The translations under genes were made by a program, and so were the position numbers. This document shows, piece by piece, positions 25,676 through 38,296 of a stretch of 64,000 nucleotides of DNA. The stretch comes from Utricularia gibba (lineage: Eukaryota; Plantae; Magnoliophyta): assembly GCA_002189035.1 (NCBI GenBank), contig NEEC01000014.1, positions 434,001 through 498,000 of the forward strand, read 5' to 3'. The stretch's first letter is position 1. Every line of letters starts with the position of its first letter. The notes beneath the pieces were generated by a model. That model was not told where the DNA came from. It was given only the letters and a program-made list of their open reading frames with translations, and did not search any database.

Positions 25676-28614
25676 TTACCGGTGCTTCTTGGCTTTAGCT
25701 AGCTTTTTCTTCTTCTTCTTGACAGCCTTGGGGACTTTGTTTTTGCGGGCTTCTCTCTTTTCTTCCTTCACCTTCTTCTTATTTTCCTTTCTTGCTGCCT
25801 TTCGGTCAAGGCCAGTGCCTTCATCATCTTCAGAAGATGAGTGCTCTTCTGTATCTGATTCAGATTCCGATTCTGATCCTGATGCATCACCGGGCGGACC
25901 AGAAGGCTGAGTGATCATCTTCAGCGAATCCTCTTTCAGTAACTCTTCATCTTTATTTTGCTGGGAAGAAGCGTTCATATCAAGGGCTTTCTTGAGACCT
26001 GTAATGGTTTGATAATACATATCCCCAGTATCCTGCCCACTGATGATACGCTGCACATCTTCCTCTGCATTCTTCACATGATCTAATGCCTTCGGAATGA
26101 AAGACTGAGACAGAACATTTACAAAGAAATTAAGGCAAAGGAACCAGCAAGTTCACAGTTCACCATCCACTATAACTATACTTGAGGTTTTATAATCGAT
26201 TTGCAGTCTAAATGCCATACTGAATCTAACACAAAATCCAAAACAGTATGTACAAAACCACCTCAGTGCCATTGAAGATGTAATTTGCATTACCTGCACA
26301 AAAACAGAGTCAGCAATTTCTTCCTCAGTGGATATTTCATGGCCTCTGGCCAGGATTTTCTGCTGCGCCTGTAATAGAGATTGATCAAAATGACAAATTA
26401 GCTGCCATGGTTTTTCAATGCGGGATGTTAGTTGAGGAGCCGAAAGAATGATGACTGGACGTAGATCTCAGAGCACCTCTTCCAAATAACTGTCTATGGA
26501 ATCATCATCGATGGTAGGATCTACAATGAAATCAAACAACTCTCGAATCGTCATAACAGCCACGCCATTTTTCCTGAAGAAGTCCTGCAAAAAAAGCAGG
26601 AACCCATAATCAACAAACTATATTTCAATGAAAACTAAGGATGCAGCACTTGTTAGATGTACTCACAGAGATGTGAATGCAGTCCTCTCGAAGGAAATCG
26701 AGGGCTCGTGGGTGATCAAGATCCACAGATTGTGAGACATCAATTATGTACAAGTGGCCCTGAGGAGCACCACAAATCACCTAGTTATATATTTGGAATG
26801 GCACCATCCTGAACAAGAGATGGGATAAGGCTTACCTTGAAACTAAGAATGTTGTATTCACTAAGATCCCCATGCACCAGCTTGCATTTTTGATATAGTG
26901 TTCGCATTGCTATTATCATCTGCAAAATCGAATCAACCAAAATTTCTGGCATTACTGTATTTGTGGGAAGATACTACTTACAAAGATCTGAAGGATGATG
27001 AATCCACTCACCTCTACGTAACCTTCACGTAATCTGTCAAGTGATAAACAAGCATCTTTTAGTCGAGGAGCAGCCCATCCTGTTTCCCCTGTGTAAGAAC
27101 TTCAGCTTAGATTGATCCGTCTTATATCTATATTTTTTTTTCCTGTTGAAGTGCAAGAAAGAGTTCAATTACCTATAAATTCCATGACTAGAACGTGACT
27201 TCTCAGAAGAATGGGCGCTGGGCACCGTATTCCAGCTGCTTTTAGCCTTGAGAATACCAGAATCATGCAACATTTGGGAGGTTTCTTTTTTTTTTTTACA
27301 GAAAATAAGTGAAGAACAGATATTTTTAACAGCAACTACCTTGTAAGATTTCTCATTTCCTTCTCAGCCCATGTCTTGACCATTTTTCGAGGGTTGCTCT
27401 TACAATAGCCAAATCTGAATCGATAGTCACCCTGAACATAACGGTCTCTATCCCTGTGGATTTGAAGGCAGATAAGTTACCAAAATTACACATACAAATC
27501 ATCCTGGATAGCAAGAAAAGTGTTTACAGTAATTAATCAAGAAAATCATTTTTTTAGAGAAAGGGCCTTGCAAGATGACAAATAGATAACTATCATCCTG
27601 AAAACTCGGTTCAAGTTTTAAAAAATGAAGCAATCTCTCCATCTCAAAGAGTTTATAAGTATACTTGAATTCAAGGATTGAGGTTTTGTAAATCTTCACT
27701 GCCAGTTCCTGACCACTGGAGTTGGTAGCATGGTAGACATTGGCCTGTTTGGAGGGAAGGCCAGTTTAGAAAACATGTAAGAGTCAACTATACCTATGAT
27801 AGCCTGTATGGGGGAAGAAAGAAGTATGAATGTAAGCAATAAGAAGTATCACAGACTTCTTTTCCTGTTGAGATGCAGCCATTGATGTCATCGAATGTTT
27901 CCCGATTTAGCATCTTGAGTAAAACCATACGTGTTCTTGGATCAATTGCCTTCAAGAAAGAGATAGTATACATAGAATCCAACCATATGCCAACGAAAAC
28001 TTTGCAAGCACGAGATTGTTATTCATAGAAGCAATTGCATCTTAACAATTCCGACAACAATTACTTGCTCAACAGTGGCACGGTCTGCTTTTTCAGTTGT
28101 TCTAGCCTTTCCAATGGCGAGATTACGAACAGCATCACGGATGGTAGTGGTCACAGAATTCGACATCCCAACACTGAATCTTCCTTCCCATTCCTGGTGC
28201 AATCGAATTTCGCATGTTATATCAAGGCATTGTAGAAGAAAACTGATCTTTACAACTGTGTAAAACTGGCAAAACATCATACCATACATATTCCTTCTAC
28301 CAAAAAAATTTCAACCATCACAACTCACCGACCTCTAATGGCGCCGCCCTGACATGATTCGTCAACTTCTGAGACTTGTTAGACATTGGCTGAAGAGACG
28401 AGTTGTTTGGCCTGGAGTGGAGGCCGCCATGCGCGTTGGGTCTCCTCGTATGCAAAGGGATAAACGAGCCATCAATTCCGGAGGCTAAATCTTCCATCAC
28501 GTCAAGGTAATCCAGATCCTCTTCAGATTCCGAGTCTGACGAGAAATAAGGCTCTTCATAATCTTTATCCGACACTGCTTCCTTCTCAGGGCAATTATCC
28601 GGAGGAGTTGCCAT
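25676..28614 (-). CDS. RIO1: Atypical Ser/Thr kinase RIO1 (40S maturation)
   Basis: [11 protein letters not shown]|[20 protein letters not shown]|[33 protein letters not shown], and a Lys-rich C-terminus [33 protein letters not shown]. Confidence 0.95.
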
Positions 28615-29455
28615 CTATCAATCCGCCGGCGGACGGACGCTGATCGCCGAGAGCAACTTGGCAGCACCAGAAATACCTAAAACCCTTAACCATTAGAAAC
28701 TTACAAAATTGGCCTTATTACAAAAGTTTCATTAAGCTGGGGAAGAAAAAAAATCTCTCCTTTTTATTTTTTATTTATTGTTGTAGCTGAAAAGAATCTA
28801 TCTCGATTGCGGATTGGTGTAATAAAAGTTTCGTTTTTTCTTGAGGAAGAATAAAAGTTCGGTACTTCAACACTGAACTCTTCTACAAGGGGCGACGACC
28901 AAGACCGAACTTGGGTGTTTAACGAGGTCCCCTACTATTGATTCCGATCACCAAAATTCCTTAAATGGTCTTGGAGGTTTTATTGGTGAGTTCTATTTCC
29001 ATGCTATCTTGGTGGCTGAGCTGGGATTTCTGCGGCCCTCTTCTCCTCGGTTGCTGCTTAGCCCTCGGCTAGAATTTTAGGGTGGGATTCTGTGTTTGCC
29101 CACTTTTCGGTCGAGATTGAGTGAGTGGAATATGGAAATTGATCATCAAGAGGAACTTTCTTGCATGTGATTGATGGTGTGTTGTCTGCTACCGTTGATT
29201 GGTGATAATCAGTTCGACTGTGGTGGATTGTGGGTTTTGGCCTTGATTTTTTTATCCATTTTGCAGCAACTCAGTTGTCAATACCCGGTTTCAACCATTT
29301 GAACTATCGTCTATTGCCTTTGCAGTTTTAGGTCACTCTTCATTTTTTCTTGAGCTCATAATCCTCTCAAGATGAAGTCCTGATCGACGGAGAGCTATGC
29401 ACACTATTATTTTGTATATCCTGGAAAGTTGAAGGTGTAAATATATACAAGGCGT

Positions 29456-31462
29456 ATGGCAAGTGCTGCAGCTATTGCAAAGAGGGCTACAAGTAGGACG
29501 CTGACTGATCCGGACTGGGCATTAAACATAGAGCTATGTGACATTCTAAACTCGGAACCGAGGTATGCAATGACCTTTCATGAAAATCCAGCACCGGTTT
29601 GTGAATGTTGGGTATGAGTAAGCCTTGATCATTTTGTGGTGTTTTTTAATGCATTGTTCATCTACGCGTCTCATAAGCTGAGATGATTCTCAGGCAAAGG
29701 TGGGATGCACTGGAGATGATCAAGAAAAAATTGCTCAATCGAAACCACAAAAAACAGCTCCTTGCATTATTTGTGAGTTCTTTTTCATACTGTTTCATTG
29801 GCTATCATCCTGGCTATCTTGTTGAATTTGAAGGTTATATAGAATACTTTCTTTAAGAAATCTACGTATTTACACCGCAGTTGCTGGAGACTCTGAGCAA
29901 GAACTGTGGTGAATACATATTTCTGGATATGGTTGAACAGAATATTTTGAGTGAAATGGTCAAGATTGCAAAAAAGAAGGTGATATCATATTTTCAGCGG
30001 GGCCAATCTTATTCTTCCATATTTCATATTTGCTTATAGATCAAATTCCAAGACATGCTTCATGTAGTATTCTCAGCCTGACCTAAACGTGAGGGAGAAG
30101 ATATTAGAGCTGATTGATATTTGGCAAGTAGCCTTAGGTGGACCTTTGGGAAGCTTTCATCTGTATTATGATGCCTATATGGAATTGAAGGTGATAGATA
30201 TTTCATACAACGGTGGTTATTTCACTTTAACTCAATAACATATTCTTCTTTTATTTTTCGGTTGATTCAACAGTCCTGTGGCCTAGAGTTCCCACCTAGA
30301 GAGGAGAATAATGTTCCCCTGGTCACTCCTCCTAAAGCACATCCATTGATGGTCTCTCGCTCGGAGGAATTAGTAGTTCAAGCTTCTCCAGAATGCGATT
30401 CTTCAGGACTTAGGTAACTTCTGTTTCTTTTCCATAAGTGCCTATTCAGTCACTACACTTGAATAGTAGACTACTTGTTCAGTTTATTGCAAGACAAAAA
30501 GATCATTTTTAATACTATTTTTATTATCCATGGCAGTATGACTGAACTTGAAAATGCTGCTGGTGTTGCTGATATTCTATTGGAAATGTTAGGTGCATTG
30601 GATCCAACTAGTCCTCAGGTACAATGCGATTTTTCTTCTTTAGAGAGTGCACTCGTTGTATTGTGAATTATTTCTTCTTTGTGTTCTCATATCAGAGCTT
30701 GAGGGATGAGATCATTGTTGAGTTGGTTTATGAATGTCGTCTGCACCAAAAACGTGTCATGAATCTGGTGAATAACACTACGTGAGTGTAGAATGTTTTC
30801 AGTTGTATAGCATAATAAGTTCATATATACAATCTGCCCTACTAGACATATTTGCCTTTTCCAGAGATGAGTGGCTTCTGCTCAAGGGGCTCAAGCTGAA
30901 CGATAATCTGCAGCAGGTTCTCATGAAACACGATGATATCGCCAATGGAAAGGCCACTGTTGCATTGGCTGGAGCTGAAGTCCCAGCTCCATCTCTGGAT
31001 CAAGAGGATGAAGACTCTGACAAGACGACAAAAAGGTTTCTCTTCTACACCACATCAACTTTTCGGCATGAATATTCCTGAGAAAATGGCCTTCTTTCCA
31101 GATCAGGGCATTCGTCGCAAGAACCAGCAATTCAAAACGAAAGCAACAGTGCAGATTCTGGTTCGATGGGTGATCTTAGCGGCAGTGTCTCCTCCGAGTC
31201 TCCACCCTGCTTCATTGCCAACTCCACTACATCTCCAGAGGTTTCCCCTGAGTCTCAAGACGAATCGTGCCCAGTCCCAGGGAGCAAACAGAGAGTGCAG
31301 CGTTCTGGTGATGACGCAGAGTTGATTGCGAAATCGACCAAATCATCCGCCATTGATGAAGAAGAAGAGAGGGAAGAAGCACTGTTCAGAGAGCTGGTGG
31401 AGTATGCGAAAGCAAGAGCAGCATCAGTGAAGCCTAAAAGGTCATTCCAGGTGAACACATAA
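29456..31462 (+). CDS. TOM1-like protein (VHS + GAT domains), 9 exons
   Basis: [35 protein letters not shown]|[44 protein letters not shown], and GAT helices ending [19 protein letters not shown]. All junctions are GT-AG. Confidence 0.88.
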
Positions 31463-32211
31463 CGACTGAAGTTATATTGGTTTTCACCATCATGTAATTA
31501 AAGTTCAACGCTCGGTATCCGTACCCGGGTCATGGTAATAAAGGCTTACCTATCATGGGATCTTGTGTAATAATGGGATTGTTCTGGGGTGGGAAAGATA
31601 TTTATGTGAAGGACAAAATGGCGGCAATGGGAAAATATAAGGTAGTCAAGGGGTGGGATATGCAATTTCGTGCAAGATTGGCTCGTTCTTCCTCCTCTGG
31701 CACTCTGTTTCTCCCTCGCGCGAGTCGTCGCGGATAACGGTCAAGTAACGTCTAGGGCTCCGCCCTCCAATTTTGGGAATTATTTCTGCTGCTGGCTCAG
31801 GTAGGAAATCGTAGAGGCACCATCGGCCGATCCCGTCACCGGGAGTCGGGTGTAGATTTCCGCCTTGGAGAAACATGGGCTTCTCCGCCTCTCAGAGAAG
31901 TCGTGGAGAAAGATCCCAAAGGTGCGAAAGGCTCGGCTAGGTCGAGTTGTTTTAGCGGGGCAAATTACCAGACTTGGAAATCTGGAGATTTCAAGGGCAA
32001 ATTCTGGACCGGATCGGGTTGCGGCTTCGCCATCTGAGGAATTGTTTCATGATGTTGGCGCCACCACTTTCAGGTCTATAGGTTGATGTAGTGATTCAAA
32101 CTACCTCGGCAGAGTAGTTGTTGAGGAGTAAGTCTGGCCTCTGACGTGCTGGAAGTTCATTTTTTAAACACAAGTTTTGGATGCAGTCTCAAGCAGTTTT
32201 ATTTATCATAT

Positions 32212-34983
32212 CTACCGGCAGAGGAATGCCTGCGCGATGCTGGCGAGACGGCCCTGGATGACAGCTTTAAGAAACCTCGTCTTCCAGGGAGCATAGGGTG
32301 GATAGCGTGCATCCAGATCGAGCAAAAAGGACCGCTCTAAGATTGCCTTCCTGTGGCTGAAGGAGTCAAAGGTGAGCTTACCGTGATAGGCTCCTGTGCC
32401 GCTTTCTCCCACTCCCCCAAATGGAAGGTTTGGGACCAGGAACTGAATCACAAGGGAAAAGCAGCGTCAGTGCATGTGGACAATGGATGTAGAGGGAAGG
32501 ATTTTCAAGGAAAGGGGACTTGCTTGAATGATTGTGTCATTGATGCAGATGCTACCGGCGGAGATGCTTCTCTTGAACATGCCCTCGATCCTTTTGTTGT
32601 TTGTGAAAAGATAAGCTGCGAGTGGTTTCTCTTTGGCACTGATCAGATCAATTGAGTCTTCAATCTTGTCAACCTTCAATAGAGGAAGAGGTAAATGTCA
32701 TTCAGTCATAAGGAATAATAGCTAGGAGAGGGGGTGACTAGCCACTTGAACAGTGCCTTACCGTTACGATTGGGAGTAAAGGGCCGAAGATCTCCTCCTC
32801 GAGAATGAGAGCGTCTTGTGGTACATCCAACAAAATAGTGGGAGCAATCCTCCTGTACAATGTTGGAGAAGGCATGAGATGACATAAATGGTATAGCCTG
32901 CCGGTCTGTGGCATAATTTGGAACTTTTATTTACAGTGTAGATTCATTGTGTTGGCCTCCTCGGAAGATCTTCCCATTGACCTTGTCGTCATCCATTAAC
33001 TTTAGCAGGCGACGAAAATGGTGGACGTTGATTATTCTTGACAGCTCGTGTGACTGAAGAGGGTCCTTCCCAAAGAGCTTATCCAGCTCAGATGAAATTG
33101 CCTCTGCCTGAGTGCAGTGTGAGGGTCAAAATTGCTTACAGCGGCAAGCAATGAAAAAGCATATGACCAGCTCACCACTTCAGAGGCATAAGCTTTTGTA
33201 GTTATGAGGTAATCCGGAGAAATACAGGCTTGACCGTTGTTGCACCCCCACTTCCCTGAAATTATGCGCCTTGCTGCAACCTTTGGCAGTATAGTGTATC
33301 AGAGGATACAGGATTATATTGCAATTAGAGAAAAGGAAAAAAACTGGAAAGATTTTACTGTTAAGTTTATGTTTTCATCGACAACAACAGGGCATTTGCC
33401 TCCAAGCTCAAGCAAAACAGGGGTGAGATGCTTTGCGGCGGCAGCTGATACAATGCGGCCAACTTTGCTGCTACCTGAAGAGAGTAAAATTGATTGAGAA
33501 TAAACGACGTTGCAGAGTACTGTAGGGCTAACTGATTTTACCGACCCGTGTAAAAAATCTTGTCCCATTTTTGCTCAAGCAGAGCTGCAGTTTCTGGTAC
33601 ACTCCCCTGTACGACTTTAACAGCCGAGTTATCTGCATACATGAGAATAAGCTTGGCAAGTAAGGAGGAAGTAACGGGTGCTATTTCAGACGTCTTCAAG
33701 ACTACTGCATTTCCAGCTGCAATTGCTCCAATCATCGGTTCCAGTGATAGCACTGTGTGGGGGGAACAACACAACCAAGGTACGTATTTTATTGGCATCG
33801 TACTGAAAATAAACCGATCGGAAACACCCACCAAGCAGAAGGATCCGAATGTACTTACTGAAGGGAAAGTTCCACGTTGATATAACCAGCACAACTCCAA
33901 GAGGCTCCATCACCACCTTTGCGGAAGAGGGAAAGGCAACAATCGAGGAATTCACCTGCGGTCAGACTCGAAGAAGCCGAGCTCAATCACACATATGGAA
34001 GAATTTCAAGTAACCAAAACAGCTAGTATCTCTTACTCTCTGGGGTTTCATCCATGTCTTCAGTTCCTTCAACGCCCGGGTGCATGCTGATGACACTGGA
34101 GCAATCTGAGTCACCAACACAACTCATCTTTAGAAGTCTTTGCGTGGAGACATACAAAAAAGATGGCTAATAGAAGAAACAACTTGACACGACACGCTTA
34201 ACTAACAACCTTCACCACTTGTTATTCTTAAAAACAACAAGCAAAAGGATATTATTTTTTTAGAAAAAATCAATAGTCAAATAAGCAGTAAATTGCATCT
34301 AAATGCCTCACTTTTTTTTTTTCCAGAAAACTTCCATTAATCACCCACCAAACAAATGTCTCGTTACAAGCGGCACATTTTTCTCCATTTAATGAGATAA
34401 GCTTTACTTCTCTCTAACGTCGCGCATGTGCGATGGACCACCATCGAGCGAAGCTCCTCACCCGTGACTAGTTCCCACAACCACCATGTACAACTAACAA
34501 AATCTCATCTCTCATCCAATCAATTGCCAGTCCAATTCAACGAATATCAACCGACATCTCACAAACCCCAAAGCATGCAATTGAATGCAACACGGAACGA
34601 AAAGGGGGATTCCTCCTAGGGCATGCAGTGTATGAATCTACAGTCGCGGTTATTTCAATTTCCAGAACAAGAATCACAGCATTTCAAATCCAATCCCCAA
34701 GATAACTTCATTGGTGCACATCGTCATACATCTTCCGTGTAGGACAATATTTTCGCAAGGAAGCAGGTCTAGAGAAGAAGCATTTGTTACTCACCTCGTG
34801 AACCTGCGATTCATGGTCTGGTTTACTCAGATCGGAACGCAGAGCGTATAGAATCTCCTTTTCGTGACAGGTGACGATTTTTTGAAACGCCTTCAACTGC
34901 GAGATCCGCCACTCGTAATCCTTCGTTATCCCGCTGGCGAAAGTCGATTTCAACTCCCTCACCACCGCCGCAGCGTCGATCAT
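32212..34983 (-). CDS. ALDH3: Aldehyde dehydrogenase family 3 (ALDH3H/3F-like)
   Basis: [71 protein letters not shown] (catalytic Cys), [26 protein letters not shown]. Confidence 0.95.
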
Positions 34984-35735
34984 CTTCAATCTCCGGAGGA
35001 GTAAACCCACCAACCACCAACAGTACACGCAGCTCTTTCCTACTGACGGCGACCACTAGAACGGCGAACGACGCGCGCCGACGCAAGATCCGAAGCAGCA
35101 GTGGCCGCAGATATTTACTCACTACAGACTAACGTGTGGAGAGTTGCTTCCTTTTATGGTTACAAGATGGCCTACCCTCCTGCTCTGCGCCCCTTCTAAA
35201 TATTACCCAGCCGTGACCATCAACAATTACCTTATTATGATTATTATTATTATTTTACTATTTTCCAATTTCATATTACACGGGTTACCCTTCTACAAAT
35301 GTGATGTAATTTATCCAATGTTAGTTTTTTTTTTTTCAGTCAAGGGCATTAACGGAAATGCACAAAAAAATTAAAGGGTTTTAACAATATTTAGGCCACA
35401 TTTTTGCAATTTAACTTATTTTAGACACAACTCCAGATTTTCAGGCTTGCAAATTATGGCAGCTTACGGGGCATGCAGACTGGGGCAGCGCTGCAATTTC
35501 AACAGTTTACGGGCCCCAAGATGCAATAACACCTATTCGGTAGGGCCAAAAGCCCATATTCAGTTTGGGGACCCAAACCTCGTCCTTGTTTAATGTTTAC
35601 CCTCAATTGAACAACACGTCAGCATGAAAAGATTACACTTGCAGTGGGCCCGGGAAGGAACAAGAAGACGACAAGTAAAACATGAAAAGACTCAACTGCC
35701 CATTCATGCAGTCACACGTTATCGAGCTCATTCAT

Positions 35736-37323
35736 TCACGCCTCTGGTTGCAACTGCTGCTGATTCCCTCCGGTCTTCGCGAACACCGCGTCTTTGTTCA
35801 TGTTCTTGTCCGTCACGACCGGAAGCTTCTCATTCTCCGATATCTCCTTGCTCTTCCCCCAAACCACCGAATACAACCCGAAAACGATGATTAGGGCTCC
35901 GATTAGGCTGCGGTCATCAACCCAAATTGCTCAGAAAACTGTATAGTAATGGCTATGGAGGTTACTGTTCTGGTATTTTTGAATGTGAGTACCTTCCAAG
36001 GTAGACTTGTTCGGCCAAGACGAATGCGCCTAAGACGGCGGTGATGATCATGCTCAGGGGGCTGAAGGCCGTCACGAACACCGGACCCCGGCTCTTGTTC
36101 ACGATGCCTTGCAGGTAGAATGCGATGCCGGAGCAGATGATCCCCTGAAAATCAACAGCTTGTTGTTAGAATTATGAATCAGAATATTCAAATGCTGAGT
36201 GAAAAGACATACTGAATAAGAGGCGGCGAGGAGTCTTGTATCAAAGCCGATGAGCCAGGCGCTCAGACGCCGCTCCATAACGAGGGCCACCGCGCCGCCT
36301 TCGAGGGTTCCCATCAAACAGACGAGCGCCGTCAACGACAACTCCGCCGGGTAATCTTTTAACGTGTTTTTCTGTTCAGGATTTGCGGAGCATTTGTCTA
36401 AGAATGGTGGTGAACCGGTGATGATGATCATCGTCATATTATGGTTTTTGCTTTACCTGGAGAATGAAGAAGGCTGCCCAGCAGACGACGCCGGCGAGCA
36501 TCATGATCGTTCCGACGGCCCAGTGGTGTCCGGCCGCCGCTTCCCCGGCGGTGCTGGCGTGCTCAGCGACGTGGTGACTGTTGGGGAGGATGTTCACGAA
36601 TGGCCCTTTGTAGAGTGTCATCACCATCGCGCCGCAAACCGTCACCGTAGTACCGATCACCTTCGCCAAACTATGCATCACCTTCAGATTCACCTTCTCC
36701 ATCCTGAGAAACACACACCATTACTCGATAACAAATCAGATCAAATTCAATATAAATTAACAAGCATCATTAAGCTATAGATCACCTAAAAATCACAGCC
36801 ATGATGAATGTTATCGCCGGCAAAACGTTAACCGTCGCAGCTGCGAACGCCGCCGATGTATACTGTATAGCGACGCTGTACAGATTCTGATCGAGCACAG
36901 GCCTGAAACAATGAACTTCATTAGCCACATGAGAAACATGCAACAGAATCCTGGTCTATGAAAATGTATAGGGAATGGGATTGCAGAGAGGTCATTACTC
37001 CAACAAAGCAAGTGCCAGGATCTTGATGAAGATCCAACTGGTCATCTTGGGCCTTATTTTCCTAAGAAAAAATAAAACCATCAAGATCAGCTGCCCATCC
37101 GCAATTCCAATAACCCATGAAGAAGACGATCGATCACATACTTCTCCAGAAAGTAAGCAAACGGCGCAAAGACCAGAGTCGCAAGTGCGTGGCGGTACAC
37201 GACGAAGACCCAGTGGCTGAACCCCTTCTTGAAGGAAAGGAGGACCACGACATGCATTCCGGCGTAACCGAACTGAAGAGATACCATCGCCAGAAAAGGC
37301 TTGGCGGTCTCCCATATCCCCAT
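35736..37323 (-). CDS. WAT1-related / nodulin MtN21 / UMAMIT transporter
   Basis: KPFLAMVSLQFGYAGM, VYRHALATLVFAPFAYFLE, AKVIGTTVTVCGAMVMTLYKGP, YPAELSLTALVCLMG, GPVFVTAFSPL, GALIIVFGLYSVVWGK. Confidence 0.95.
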
Positions 37324-38090
37324 TGTTTCTCTCGAGTCGGATGCTGAAGTGCGTTGGTGGTTCCGAAGCCGGGGCGCGGCGATCGTTTTATAGGCAGGAA
37401 GAAGCACAGCAGAGGTCTTCTTTTACAAGTAGAACTCAGTGTCACACCTCAGACCGCAAAAACAAGATTGAAGAAGGCAAAGTCATTCGGGACTCACCAT
37501 CTGTCGTCATTCTTCCTCCTCCTCTTCATGATTCTACTGAAACAGACTCCTCCTTGTCACCACATGCAGAAAAAACACAAATTACACTCACAAAAATGAC
37601 TCTAAAATCTAATTGATTTTGACTTAAATTTTTTCCTATCACAATATTTAAAAAATCAAAACGCATACATGATAGCGGGAGGACACATTGAAAGGAGACA
37701 ATCCCTAATGCAAGGAAATAGGCTTTTATGTTGCCAGCTCATAGGATATGAGTTATTTCTTTTTCACTAAATAATGACCAATTTAGACCATTTTTTTGAA
37801 AAAAAGATTGTAAATTTTACTATATGTATAATGTATTATAAAAATGGCTATCATTCCTTTAATATATGATAAAAATAGCTATTTTATATGTAAAAAATTG
37901 ATCATAATGTATAAGAAATAAATACATGATGTTACTTTTCCAAATGGCTCCATATGCATGTGTATCATCATTTCATTTGCATTATGCCAAGTTTTTACAC
38001 CTTTTTGCTCCATGGCTCCTCCTCCTTCCCCTTCTACTCTCTTCTTTCAAAATACATAGCTATATGTTGTTCTATCCCAACGATTACGAG

Positions 38091-38296
38091 CAGGGGCGGA
38101 TCTTCAACTTCAATTTAGGAGGGACAAAATCCTTTTTATTAACCCATGCTTATTAATGTAAAATTAATGGGGGCTAAAATTTTATTATTATAATTTTAAA
38201 TTTTATAACCCATGCTAGTTTTATCAACTTATTCAATTTTTTTTTAATATAGGAGGGGTTACACTCTATGCTTATTATGCTTAAGATCCGCCCGTG
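38091..38296. mobile_element. Non-autonomous hAT-type MITE (206 bp)
   Basis: 14-bp TIRs CAGGGGCGGATCTT / AAGATCCGCCCGTG (13/14 match), a perfect 8-bp TSD ATTACGAG at 38083-38090 and 38297-38304, and an AT-rich non-coding interior. An 8-bp TSD is characteristic of hAT elements. Confidence 0.9.

Noticed and set aside
31380-31462. TOM1-like C-terminus appearing lineage-specific
   Set aside because: [15 protein letters not shown] resembles the terminal motif I recall from other plant TOL proteins, so it is diverged but not novel.
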